Positions 39,929 to 53,202 of a stretch of DNA of 64,000 nt are shown in pieces; position 1 is the stretch's first letter; every line of letters begins with the position of its first letter. The stretch is from Octopus sinensis. Taxonomy: Eukaryota. Below the pieces are notes generated by a model. That model was not told the origin of the DNA, made no database searches, and worked only from the letters and a program-made list of their open reading frames with translations. Location of the stretch: the NCBI RefSeq assembly GCF_006345805.1, contig NC_042998.1:98580001-98644000 (forward strand), in the 5' to 3' direction. Made by a program: the position numbers and the translations under genes.

Positions 39929-40754
39929 TATATATATTTAATAGGCACACGAGCTTTGTACTGAATGTCTCAGATGATAAAGTGAAATTGATAGACTTTG
40001 TTCTTGTATATTAGAAGTTTATACTTGAATGAAGACTGTCAACAACTCACTGTAATCATTAAAATTATTAAGGTACACCTAAATATATCTTAAAATAGAT
40101 AGTAAAGTAGAAGGAGAGACACACACACACCGAAAAACAGAATGTGTTTGAAAAAGCGTAAGATCGAGACATAGAGAATGAAAAGAAAAGAGTAATTAGG
40201 TAATATACATGTAGAAGGAGAGTTCATCTCATGGACTTTAAACTCATACATTGACAGATATATTCCCCCTCTATCTCTATTACTTAATTACTCTTTACTT
40301 CTATCATTAATTCTATATCTCTCTCTGTACAAGTCAATCTCACTATGTCTAACTTATTCTTCCACACAAATTTATGTTTGCATAAGTTATTCCATACTCA
40401 AATGTTATTATTGTTGAAGGGTAGTATGCTAGTATGCTAATAAATGAGACTGAATTACAGTATTAGTTTCAAAAAATATTATACTTTCCAGTTTTAGACA
40501 TATAACTGATTACTTTTTAATATTGCTTTTCAAAATTAATTCTTTTAAGAGTAAAATCTAACAATGAATATTGAAAACATCAAATAAAATTTCTCACTTG
40601 AAGATTCAATAACATTTTAGAGCAGCTAATATAAGGAAATAACATAAAGATATTTAAAATGAAGAAACAGATGATGATCATTCAAAAGTTAAAAATAAAA
40701 TATCTTAGTGTTTTAGGTAACATACAAAAGCAGAAAATGGAAGGGTTATAGTAC

Positions 40755-40883
40755 CTTCAAGGGTTAGCCTTCCCCAGTGTATGCTACCATTTCTCCATGA
40801 CATGCTACGACTTTGGACATTAGCACGATTGATGGGGGCCAGAGAAACACGCCGTGCAGCCATGTTTATTTCCTCCTGTACAG
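40755..40883 (-). CDS. unc80: unc-80 exon 1 in window: VQEEINMAARRVSLAPINRANVQSRSMSWRNGSIHWGRLTLE (5' boundary 40883 or 40875)
   Basis: aag|gtact donor, phase 1 matching the next exon; aligns with recalled UNC80 EEVTNLASRRLSVSP...SFRRGSVW; two possible acceptors 8 nt apart. Confidence 0.88.
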
Positions 40884-43800
40884 CTATGGGTCAAAATCAA
40901 AGCAACATGCAGGTTACACAGGCTCTACAAAATGGCACAGGGCTAAGAAGTGACCACAACTGGACAAATGATCTCTAATCAAAATTGCAAAAACTAAGAA
41001 AGGAAAAGGAATATTAAGGCAGCACTTGGAGTAACAGGTATTTACACCTGAAATAAGTAAGTATGAAGGTCATGTTAAGAGAAAATATTTTCAAATGAAA
41101 AGTGAAATCTGAAATAAAGGCAAGATTATAAGAGAAATTATGATTCAAGAGGCCTTTGATAGCATTTGCTTCAGTTGAAAAAATAAAAATAGAAAGACTG
41201 ATGATAGAACCATGGTTAACATTCAAATGATAAGAAGTGATTTATGTTTTCTAAAAATTTAATCATGATACCAAATACAATATAACTGGTTCATACAGGA
41301 AATTTATTATGACAAATGATTAAAAATTAACTAAATAAGGATGATAATTATTAGAATATTAAATATTTTGATCTTAAGAGTCAAGTGGCCAACCTACAAT
41401 TGTTTTTCCCAGTTTCATTTTGTAATACAAAAGTATAGGATTAGAATGAATATTTTACAATTTTGTTTTTATTAAAGCAAGAATTAGCAGCATATATTAC
41501 AGTGATCAGATTGGGTGAGTAGAAATTTAATCAGTTCTTGAGATTTTAAAGCAGGTTTGTATAGCCGAATTTATGTGCATCTTACGAGTATATTATGTAT
41601 ATTCATAAAAGTAAAATCATTTTTGTGAAGCTTCATTAAAATACATCATTCAGTTGACCCTATCATGCAATATTATTATGAAATAAATTTTAATTATTTT
41701 TGCATGTTAAAAGGCAAAAATATTTTTACATTATATTCTGGATACTCAGTCTGTTGATTGTAAGTGTGAGGCCCCATTAGTAGAGTCAATTTACTGTAGG
41801 TACACCATCCTTTAGTGTTTAAGTTTAATGTCAGAAGAGAGTAGGATTAGTTTCCAATAATTTTTTGATTTGGGTACCTAGTTTTATTTTGTTATTCATA
41901 TACAATAACCATTTTGTGAAATCAAATGAAATTAAAGGTACAAAACAATTGATCCAGAAAATGCTGCTTCCTATCATATGACTGAAGTTAAATCATGGCT
42001 GAAACAGGATTAAAGATTTAAAAAATGATTAGGTTAAGAAGCTCATTCAGAACTAAATGATATTGATACTTCAAATGTATACTGAACTAAAATAAAATAA
42101 TAGTAGTAACTGGATAAATTTAATTTACATTAATGGTTTTAAATTTCATTTCAAATATATAATTGCTTTAAAAACAAAACTAATCAAAGCCCCCTAAGAA
42201 TTATAATAAAATTTACAAAATAACAAAGCAAAGGGAAAAAAAGAATGACTGAAAATGCATGTATTAATTAAAAGTGCAATTAATAGAAACATTCTATTCT
42301 TAAAAAGATATTCAATATTTGCAAATTATGTCCCTAAACTGGTGAATTCTTGTGAAATAAGAGTAAAGAAAAGTGGTACTTGATAATGATAATAATGATC
42401 AAAGAAAAATTAAAAGAAACAAGTAAAAGGTGTGAAAATAGAAAAGGGAGGAATGAAATGATTGAAATGATAAAACTAATTCTGAAGCAAGAAATTTTAT
42501 ATAAAAAAACATTGGTGATACTAGCCAAAAGACTACATACTTACCAAACTTTCATTTTATGTCCAAATAAGTTAAATAATCTGGATAATACAGCGTACTT
42601 ATATTTGTTTTACAAATATTTTTTACTATACCATAATTATCATTAAGAGAAGTAACATTAAAAGTTATTTTTTCATGAATGTACATGTAGATATACACAG
42701 ATGCGCAATATATGCATGCACCCGCAGAAACTATTTTGAATATTTGAGAGACCTTTGTAAGAATTTTTTATTATTAAATATATTTATTAAGCATTTAGTA
42801 GTTAATGCTTTACCTGAAGCAGGATACACACAAGATGTCTGATGTATTTATAAGTCAGAGATTATCATATATGTTTTCAATTAAAATAATGAAACAATTT
42901 TAATTTGGTACCAGGTTAGAGCAATGCAATTATCATGGACTGACTTTTATTTCATCACAGTTGTTGTTATTGAGTTAGTTCTGCTCAGTGATCAGTGGGG
43001 AGCCAATTTTCAGAATGTCATACTGACTCCATGCTCCAAAATGTGTGCTAACCAGTATTTAATTGTTAGTTTATTGTGGTTATTCCATCCTGGTTATGAG
43101 ACAGGCTGTTTTAACTGTTATATTCTATTATATCGTTGGTATTTTTAAATCAGTAAGGAAATGCTTAGGAATAGTGAATGAAAATATTGATATTGTCTTC
43201 CATTACCCTCCATCAAAGCTATTGTTTCAGTGGTAATATATTATGCTTCTACATAAGTCAACAATAAAAACAAAAATGATATATATGTTCAATTATAATT
43301 TTGAAAATATTACCAAAAGAAAATTTTGTGAAAACATATTTTCTCTAGCTTTCAGTTTAAAACTCATTTAATATATATATATATATATATGTAAACAACT
43401 TGTGATTTTAAATCTGCATAAATCAAAGTTTCATAGAAGCTAAATCATACTTCATCCTTCAGAAGCTGTGAATCTAAGTACTGAGGCAACCAGGAGCTCT
43501 AAAGGTCGACTATCATTGGATGTTGTATAAAGTTCATTCCTATTAATCACCTCAAGTTATTCACAGAAGACTGTTGCATGTTGCAATAGCTACTGAAAAG
43601 TGCAACTCTGATACAATAGAGATAACTCTCTTTTGCTTTTAATTCTGGTAGAATTTCAGTAAAAACTATGAGTACTATCAACTAATAGTTTAAAATTAGG
43701 GAGTAGAGAGCTATGTTGAGTAGAATGGAAGGTCACTCTTCTTGCTAAGGAATATGGTGGGCTGTTTCAATAAATACAGCCTCTGGGAGAAACAAAGATG

Positions 43801-44769
43801 GCAGTTTAACTCTCCAGTTGAATAAGTAGGAATATTGTCAAGTTAGCTCTTAGTCAAGCTGTGCAATTCACTTCTCATGGTTTGAAGTTTGAAGATGAAG
43901 TGAAACAGAGAGATAGACTTTTCCTTGTGTTGGAGCTGAAAAGAGTAAACGACCCCCACCCACCACAAAAAGAAAAACAACTTGGTTCCATCCTCTATTC
44001 AATCTAGAAATCTCCATGAACATATCCAAGAATTTTTTTTCTTTATTAGACATCATTTTCTAAGCACACATAAATACCACAAGTTTTTTAATCTTCACAA
44101 TGTTAAAGTTAGTTACTCCTGTCTGTATAACAATACTTCCACTATAATAGAAAAAAAGCATACACCTACACAACCATTAGTCTAGACACTAACCTTCAAT
44201 TATCAAAATCAATCTACCTTCCTCTGATAGAATTATGCCTTTCCAAGGCAGGGTTTTATAGTGCAACCCTCATCCTACTGATGGTATCCTGAGGAATTAT
44301 ACAGGATTCACAGCCAATGATTTCAGTCCCATCTGTTGTTCTCACATCAGTTCTACACATCTTTGAACGATATTTCCCATTGAAAGTGGAGCGTAAGAGA
44401 TTTCTAGATGCATTCAGTTATTGTTTCTTTTTATACATATCGTGTGTTGTTTCTGATATTCTGTTTATAGTGAGAGAACTAAAAAACCTATTACATCTAA
44501 CAGCTACAGCCGGATTATAAAGAATTCTAGTTAAATAACTTGTGGCATCTATGTGAAACAAGGAAGTACATTTTAACAGTGACAAAAAATTCCTTGCTAT
44601 ACTTGTAGAAATGTAAAATTACTGTGTGCAACCTTATTCTAATGCTCTGTTGATAATGACAATTAAAACATTTTCCCTGTATAAGTGCAAAGAATAGAAA
44701 GTTCTGAATAATCATGGAACAATGAGCCAACTGTGTCTAAATAAATAATTATACTCTATAATATATATA

Positions 44770-45160
44770 ATTTTTTACTTGTTTTAGTCATTAGACTGTT
44801 GCCCTGCTGAAGCACCACTTTGAAAAATTTTTAGTGAACCCAATCGATTCAAGTACTTTAGATTTTTAAGTCTAATACTTACTGTATCAGTCTCTTTGCC
44901 AAACTACTAAGTTATGGGGACATAAACAAACCACAACCAGCTGTCAAAAGGTGGTGGGGACAAACACAACACAAACACAGATATACACACATATATAAAA
45001 CAGGCTTCTTTTATTTTATATATATCTGATCCACTCACAAAGGTTTGATTAGCTTAGGGCTATAGTAGTAGACACTTGCTTAGGGAGCTGAACAATGAGA
45101 CTGAATCCAAGACCAGATGGTTAGGAAGCAAGCTTCTAACTCACACAGCCATGCCTGTAT
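44770..45160 (-). mobile_element. Full-length-looking tRNA-derived SINE with CR1-like tail
   Basis: Head gcatggctgtgtgagttagaagcttgc, central aagtgtctactactatagccc, tail ggtgcttcagcagggcaacagtctaatgactaaaacaagt; partial copies at 29325-29510 and 52950-53335. Confidence 0.7.
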
Positions 45161-45214
45161 TGAGTACTTATCCATTTGTTTGTAGTGTGGATTTATATAT
45201 GTATGTATCTACCT

Positions 45215-46840
45215 ATCATCATCATCATCATCATCATTTAGCGTCCGTTTTCCATGCTAGCATGGGTTGGACGGTTTAACTGGGGTCTGTGAAGCCGGAA
45301 GGCTTCATCAGGCCCAGTCAGATTTGGCAGTGTTTCTACGGCTGGATGCCCTTCCTAACGCCAACCACTCCGCGAGTGTAGTGGGTGTTTTTTACGTGCC
45401 ACCTGCACAGGTGCCAGACAGAGCTGGCACAACGGCCATGAACGGATGGTGCTTTTACGTGTCACCGGCACGGGGCCAGCCGAGGCTGGCAACGAACACG
45501 AGCGGATGGTGCTTTTACGTGCCACTGACACGGGGCCAGACAGAGCTGGCAAACGGCCACGAACGGATGGTGCTTTTACGTGTCACCGGCATGGGGGCCA
45601 GCCGAGGCTGGCAACGAACACGAGCGGATGGTGCTTTTACGTGTCACCGACACGGGGCCAGACAGAGCTGGCAATCGGCCACAAACGGACGGTGCTTTTA
45701 CATGTCACCGGCACGGGGGCTAGCCGAGGCTGGCAATGAACACGAGCGGATGGTGCTTTTACGTGTCACCGGCACGGGGCCAGACAGAGCTGGCAAACGG
45801 CCACGAACGGACGGTGCTTTTACGTGTCACCGGCACGGGGGCCAGCCGAGGCTGGCAACGAACACGTACGGATGGTGCTTTTACGTGCCACCGACACGGG
45901 GGCCAAACAGAGCTGGCAAACGGCCACGAGCGAATGGTGCTTTTACGTATCATCAACACGGGTGCCAGACGAGGCTGGCAGCGGACACGGATATATGATT
46001 TGATTTTGATTGTTCTCACTGGTCTTGCTGGGTCTTCTCATGCACAGCATACTTCCACAGGTCTCGGTCTCTGGTCATTTCCTTGGTGAGACCTAGAGTT
46101 CGAAGGTCGTGCTTCACCACCCCGACCCAGGTTTTCCTGGGTCTACCTCTTCCACAGGTCCCCTCAACTGCCAGGGTGTGGCACTTTTTCACACACCTAT
46201 CTTCGTCCATTCTCGCCACATGACCATACCAGCGCAAACGTCTCTCTTGCACACAACATCTGATGCCTCTTAGGTCCAACTTTTCTCTCAAGGTACTTAC
46301 ACTATGTCGACTATGAACACTGACATTACACATCCAACGGAGCATACTAGCTTCATTTCTTGCGAGCTTACGTAAATCCTCAGCAGTCATAGCCCAAGTT
46401 TCACTACCATGTAGCATGGCTGTACGTACACATGCATCATACAGTCTGCCTTTTACTTTGAGCGAGAGGCCTTTTGTCACCAGTAGGGGTAAGAGCTCTC
46501 TAAACTTTGCCCAGGCTATTCTTACTCTAGCAGTTATACTTTCAGCACAACCGCCCCCACTACTGACTTGGTCACCTAGGTAGCGGAAGCTATCAACTAC
46601 TTCTAGTTTTTCTCCCTGAAACGTGATAGAAGTTGGTCTCTGCATATTCCCAGAGTTTATTGCTCCTGAGCATCTGCCACAGATAAAAACTATTTTCCTA
46701 GTTAGTCTTCCTTTGACATTACTACATCTCTTATGTGTCCATAGCTTACATTTGGTGCATCTTATAGAGTTTCTACCTACGCCTTTTCTACAGATCGAGC
46801 AAGGCCATCTACCTGAAGGCGTTTGTGATTGGTCTAACCT
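45215..46840 (-). mobile_element. 5'-truncated young RTE-clade LINE: PHD finger, RT C-terminal region, tandem-repeat 3'UTR, (GAT)n tail
   Basis: Stop-free frame 46840-46016 with LEVVDSFRYLG, KGRLYDACVRTAMLHGSETW, ERRLRWYGHV, GRGRPRKTW; GC-rich, CpGs retained. Confidence 0.92.
45384..45990. repeat. Ten ~61-bp tandem units alternating A/B (five ~122-bp dimers) in the RTE 3'UTR
   Basis: Core ggtgcttttacgtg(t/c)cacc.gcacgggg recurs about every 61 bp; A = gccagacagagctggcaaacggccacgaacgga, B = gccagccgaggctggcaacgaacacgagcgga. Confidence 0.93.
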
Positions 46841-47345
46841 ATGTATATATTAATTTGCAGGTGAAAACATGATACTGAAAATGATACTGAGAAAAAAAGA
46901 AAGAAATATAAAAAGAAGATAAAGCTTGAAATAAAGGAAAAGAATTGAAATATATAGCATTATTAGCCAGTTGTGATCACTAGAGCCATGGTGCTGAATG
47001 GTGGTGTGTTATGTGCAACAGTCAACAGGATGAACATTAACCAAAGAGAGGTACCAGGATGATTGAACAAGAATCAAGAATATATAGACATTATATAAAG
47101 ATACATTTAGACGGGTGTAATATTAGATATGCTTAGTTCTTTAATGGTACAGCTGCTGATTCAGTGACACTAGGAAATGTTTCAGATACATGTAAAGATA
47201 TTCATATATATGCGGTTTATGTATATATACACATACATATACCTAGAGATGATGACTTTCGTGAATATGTAGAAGCATGCTTCTACATATATATACACAT
47301 ACATATGTATGCATGTATATGTATATATAAATGTATATATATATA

Positions 47346-47425
<80 letters not shown>

Positions 47426-47430
47426 GTATG

Positions 47431-47463
<33 letters not shown>

Positions 47464-48553
47464 GTGTGTGTGTTTATGCTTGCTAATGTACATATATGGT
47501 TAAGACAGAAATTTCCCTGTTCTCTTTTTTGCATATTAAAATTTAAGAACAGTAACAACTATAATAATAATGATAATAATTATTATAATAATAGTAGTAA
47601 TAATAATAGTGATAATGATTAATAACAACAATAATGATATTATTATAAAACAACAGCAACATCAAAACAACAGCAACAACAATGGTATCAATAATAATCA
47701 AATGGGTAAATCATACAATAACAAGTGTTAGGAAGAGATTGCAAAAGCTGATGCTCAGGTCAAATCAACATGCAAGGTTTTTTTTTTAAAACTGGGTTAT
47801 ATGAGGTATTTCACTAAGAAAGGGGTAAGGAGATATCAACAAGGTGGTTAAAACATGCAGGTGGAGCTGCATCAAACATAATTTGGCTCAAATTGGAGCT
47901 ATGTATTAGTTATTATTGGACTTGTACATATATCTGAATTAATTAATGAACTGAACGTCACATAGTGAATGATGAGGATATATCTTTCAGAAATAATTAC
48001 ACTTATTTCTCTTATTGCCCATGTTTGGTTTTATTATAAAAACATTTTTTTTTTCATGAGATCGACATATGAAAACAAGATAAAAACTTCAGGAAATGAA
48101 AATACATCCATAATCAAACTAAAAAAAATATAAATCCTGTAGGAAAAAAATGTCAACCACAGACACACACAAACTGACAGACAGACAGACTCTCTCTCTC
48201 TCACACACACACACACAATACCTACATTTATAAGAGTTATTATTAAAGCAAAATACAAGCATGCACACACATACACACTAATTCATATGAACATTCTTAA
48301 TTAAATTATTAATGTTAATGAAAGTGAAATGAGAAATTAATATTCTCATATCATTAAACTAAATTAGCATCTAGTATTTTTTATGGTTTCTCTGAAAAAC
48401 CAGCTCTAATCTGAGAAGCATGATAAAAAAATGGGAAACCAATTTATTCATGGATAATCTTATTCTCAAATAAAATCTGAAGTGGCTTAAATACCCCAGC
48501 TGTTTTCAAGAGAAATAAAATCATAAATATATGCTATACAAAGTTCTATCTCA

Positions 48554-48585
<32 letters not shown>

Positions 48586-51542
48586 TGTCTAAACTTTGTT
48601 GAATTGATTACTAAAGAAAATGGGATAACAGTAAAGCTCCTTCCATTAAATTAAATCTGAATGCATGTTACTGGTATTGTTGTTTAACTCCTGGTCGTCT
48701 CCAATCAAGTAGACTTATGGTGGTCAAAAGCATTCCAATTGTGAACATACTATATTTTTTATACTACATTATCCAATTTGTCTTTCCTCCTTTTTTTAAG
48801 ACGCTAAGATATGATTGGCAGCAATTTAGCTGCTATGTTTACGAGGTCAGGTAATTATGTGGAGGCTCTCTTGTTTAGTTTCTCTGAGCGAAGATGATTT
48901 CTATGCTCAGAAATTGTCCACATCATTTGTTAGTTGTCAGAGTATTAAAAAATTCAAAGTAAAAAAAAAAAAAAATCACCAACACTAATTCTTACATGCC
49001 TGTGTACCCTTTCTTCTTTATGGCTCTTTTACTGTTCACTTTTCTGTCTTTTTGTGTTTTCTCCTGTGTACTATGTGTGCACTTTTGGCTTTTACTTATT
49101 ACTGTTTCTGTCACCCTCTTTTACTCCTTTCCAGTGAGTTGAAGGGCAAGATATAAACTACTCAACTCCTGTATTTTAAAAATCACAGTGAGCCTCTTGG
49201 TTATAAGTGTTAGTACATTCAAATGAGATAATAATTGTAATGAAATTATCTCTTAAAATAATAGAGCAGTTACTTGAAAAAAATTCCTTCTAAAATATTT
49301 TATAGAAAGACAGAAGAAATTATAAATGCTAATTACATTTCAACTTCAGTTGTAAGTTATTCAGCTTGTAGTGGAATTTAGAAAATGAGTTGTTTTGGGA
49401 TTGTAGTCATAACAATAATCATGTCAGAACTGACACATTTTAAAAGCAAGAGACATAGTGTCTCAATATTGAGTAATAACAAGTTCTATAATGGTTCTCA
49501 GACTGATAAATACCAAGTAACATCAAGCTCTGTCTCCAAAATATTGGCGAAACATCTGGTGGTCCTGTTTTTATTAATGAAAAAATAAAATTGAGCTTGT
49601 AGCCATATAATTCTTTCTTCACCATGTTGTTAGATAAGTTTAAAGCCCTTTTAATTTAATGAAACATGGTATTTTTGTCTGTTCCCTTTTCGATCCATAC
49701 AGCCCCACCCCATGAGAAACAAGTTCAACCTTAGATCAACCCTGACTGAATAATCCTATGGTCAAAGACATTCCACTTGTGACCATCCTATTGTTTCTAA
49801 GACAATAGAATTTTAAATTTAGCTTCTATTTGGAGAATAGTTATTAAATTAGATTCAATGTATTAAATGGAGAAGAAATCACTTTCTCAAAGACAATGAA
49901 GTATAAGGCTCAAACTCAAATCTAGGAATTAGTCATTAGTGGTATTTTGGTTACACATCCATGCCAACATCACAAGACAGAATCTACAACAGAATAATGC
50001 TACTTCTCACTTAGATCCTCAGACAAATTAGAATCCAAAAGATATCTCATCTAAGCATACACACGTGCACTTATACACACACACACAACACATACGCACA
50101 CAACACACACACACACTTAAAAAATTTAACTTCATTAAAACATAGCCTCATGAGAGATGTATTCACACATCCATATGTAGTGGATTTTTGGAATTGTAAA
50201 AATAAAACTAAAAATATGAAAAAAGAGGAACATAACTCCAAGGGAGGCTGAAAAATGATTAAAGTTTTATAGAAAACTTGGATGTAATCATACATAAGGA
50301 AAGGAGAGGAAGGAAAAAAACTTCAAAGCAAAATGGTTTGAGACTGAAGATGATGCTCTTAACAAGGAAATGCACAGTAAGAATAAAAACATACACACAC
50401 ACACATGAAGGTAAATTGCAAACTTGTTACAGCTATTATGGAAAACAATCAAATGAGGAGGCTATAAAGAAAATTCTTTTAGACTATTACTACAAAAGTA
50501 AAAGTAAAAAAAAATTGAAAAGTAAAAGATAAAAAATAATATATATATATATATATAATTACCATCATCATTAACTTGAGCTGTTCTAAATAATTTAGTT
50601 CATTTTATTTACCCATTATTTATTTGAATAGATTGTTCATAAACCCATATAAATTTACGTAGTTAAAATGGACAGGATGAAACAAATAAATGTTAAAGTG
50701 TATGTAAATGTGTGTATGTGTCTGAGTGTGTATGTATAAAAAGTGAACAAGTTTTTTGGGGTATGTGTAGAAATGTGACTATTTTCTAATTTTATTGTTT
50801 TACCAAAATCCCTTTTTTTCATATTTCTCATGAATTCCTTGCAATTTATTTGGAACAGATGAGATGATGTTGGAATGTATTGCTGTCTCTTTATAAAGGA
50901 TAAAACCTACTTGAGCAATGTTTATTTTAGTATGTGAATAACATGCGTGTCTGCATATATAAATAAACACGCAAAAACATATATACCAACATTTATATAT
51001 ATGCATATATTAATGTATAGTGAAGTTTGAAACTGGTATGCTTAGATAATTATGTACATTATGGGAAGATGAAAAAATCTTTTGTTTCAGATTTGTTCTT
51101 TCAGAGAGGTAGGGGATATTTTCAAAATGTCAGATTACTTTTCAGTACAAAGCATAGAAACTTACAAATTTCACATATATACACACACATCTATATATAA
51201 AATCCAAAACCATGATTAGCAATAATATTAATGAAATGATAAAATGAAATAATAAAAGAAATGCAGCAAATAGATAAGATGTGAATGTTCAAATGTTTTA
51301 CATAGTTTACAAAAAGCACTTTTAAAAACTATTAAGAACTTTTATTTAAAAAGGAGTATATTTGCTACATATATAAATACAGAAAAAGTTTTAATATGAG
51401 ATGTAAATAAATTCTAGTTGATGAACAAAAGACATCAAAACACTGTAAAGAATATTGACACAAGATTTTTAATATTTGATGTATTTCATTTCAAAAAGTT
51501 TTGAACTCTCATCAGAAACCTTGAGTAATGATGCACAAAACT

Positions 51543-53202
51543 TTGAAGTAGATAAACTATTTTGATACTATGAAATAAGTCATATGTTATTATGTACAGT
51601 GACCAAAACATTGAAGAAACTGAAAAGAAAAAGCTGGGAATATAAGTGTTATATTGTTAGCTGAAAAAAGTACAACCAATATGATACATGTTACCAATCC
51701 ATACTTGTAAGCAAGTATGGCTTGGTAATATGTACTATACTTTAGTTAATTGCTTTTTTAGGTAATTATGTAGCTGCTAGTAGACATAACCATCTTCTGT
51801 AGACTCCCACACTTAATCCAGAGGAACAACTAGGATGAGACAGCTGGAGAGAGAGTGGGGTGCATCAATACCCAGCTGGTGTTCATTACAGTTGAAAAGA
51901 TAGGAGCAATGTGAAATGAAATGCCTTACTCAAGAATAAAAAATGCTGCCTGGTTCGGAAGTTGAACTCACAATCTTATGATCATGAGCCAAACACCCCT
52001 AACTACTAGGCCACATGGTTTCAATGTTGCCTGAGTAGTGCATTTATTTAAATAAGAAGTTTAATGCAAATATTGAGAAGATATCAATGAATAAATATAA
52101 CAATATCAATAAAAATAACAACGATAATAAGAGATCAAATAGTTTAACAAAAGATAAGCATCTGAATTTTAAAAAATCCACTAGGTATTATGTTTAATTC
52201 AGGAAAGTTAAAAAGAAAATAGTCCTAGATTATTTAGAAATTTACACAATTATTCAGTGGAAAAAATGTGAGAAGAAACATGGAAAAGACAAATGAAAAA
52301 GGTTAAAAAATGAAGTGAGTCTTTGAAAAAATATTTAGAACTGCATCTATGAAAAGAGAAAGATTTAATCCTAAAACTTTAAAGATTATTAACTTTTAGA
52401 CAGAGTCACATGAACATTTGTTCTTAAGGGACTCTAATGGAATAAATAGGCAATTATGTTTCATAACTTTTGAAGATTATAATTATAAATTATAAGGAAA
52501 ACTTTGTACACTTTAGGCACATCATGTTGCCATATGAGTTTTCTCTCCTCTTAATGTGACTCAATTCCCCTGCAGCTAAAGGGAGAAAACTCATATGACA
52601 ACATGATGCACCTAAATGTGCTAAAAGTTAAAACCTCCACTGCCTTGCAGCTAAACTTAACCATGGAAAAGGCTATGATAGTTAACCCAGTAAAGAAATC
52701 TGGAGCTGGAGATACTAAAGCAATGAGGGGGTCTTTACTAATCTATTGGTTGGTAACTCCTGAAAATGGAGAGGTCACCATTAATAACAATCTTTGGGCT
52801 AAGTGGACCCTGACTTTTGAGGCCAAGAGAATGGAACTCTCTGTGCCAATGCTTCCTCACTATATTTTCATGCACAGGTTTTTGTACTGTGCAACTACCA
52901 TGCAACAATTGTCTTTCTCAAACTTAAGAGAAGTACCTTTGTAAGTGGTGGGGCATGGCCTTGAAAAGTTTTTGGTCAAACAAATCGACTCCAGTGCATT
53001 TTTTAAAAAACCTAGTACTTAGTTTATTGGTCTCTTTTGCCCAGCTACTAGTTAGAGGGATGTAAACAAACTAACACCAGGTGTTGAAGTAGATAAACTA
53101 TTTTGATACCATGAAATAAGTCATATGTTATTATGTACAGTGACCAAAACATTGAAGAAACTGAAAAGAAAAAGCTGGGAATATAAGTGTTATATTGTTA
53201 GC
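51543..53202 (+). repeat. 119-bp direct duplication (51543-51661 and 53084-53202)
   Basis: Copies differ at one base by my reading (gatact/gatacc). Confidence 0.92.
52509..52620. repeat. Inverted repeat, ~38-bp arms
   Basis: tttaggcacatcatgttgccatatgagttttctc versus gagaaaactcatatgacaacatgatgcacctaaa. Confidence 0.85.

Noticed and set aside
43450-43593. Splice-site-flanked minus-strand segment
   Set aside because: Stop codons in all frames; no UNC80 similarity.
45384-45990. CRISPR-like repeat/spacer appearance
   Set aside because: The variable parts alternate between two recurring sequences rather than being unique spacers. There are no cas genes, and the array lies in a eukaryotic LINE 3'UTR.
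45267-46089. Long plus-strand ORFs (243, 97, 117 aa)
   Set aside because: Translations of the GC-rich tandem array, antisense to the RTE element.
50804-50906. Possible minus-strand exon (GFILYKETAIHSN...)
   Set aside because: Exits in phase 2, which fits neither acceptor of the next exon; no homology recognised.
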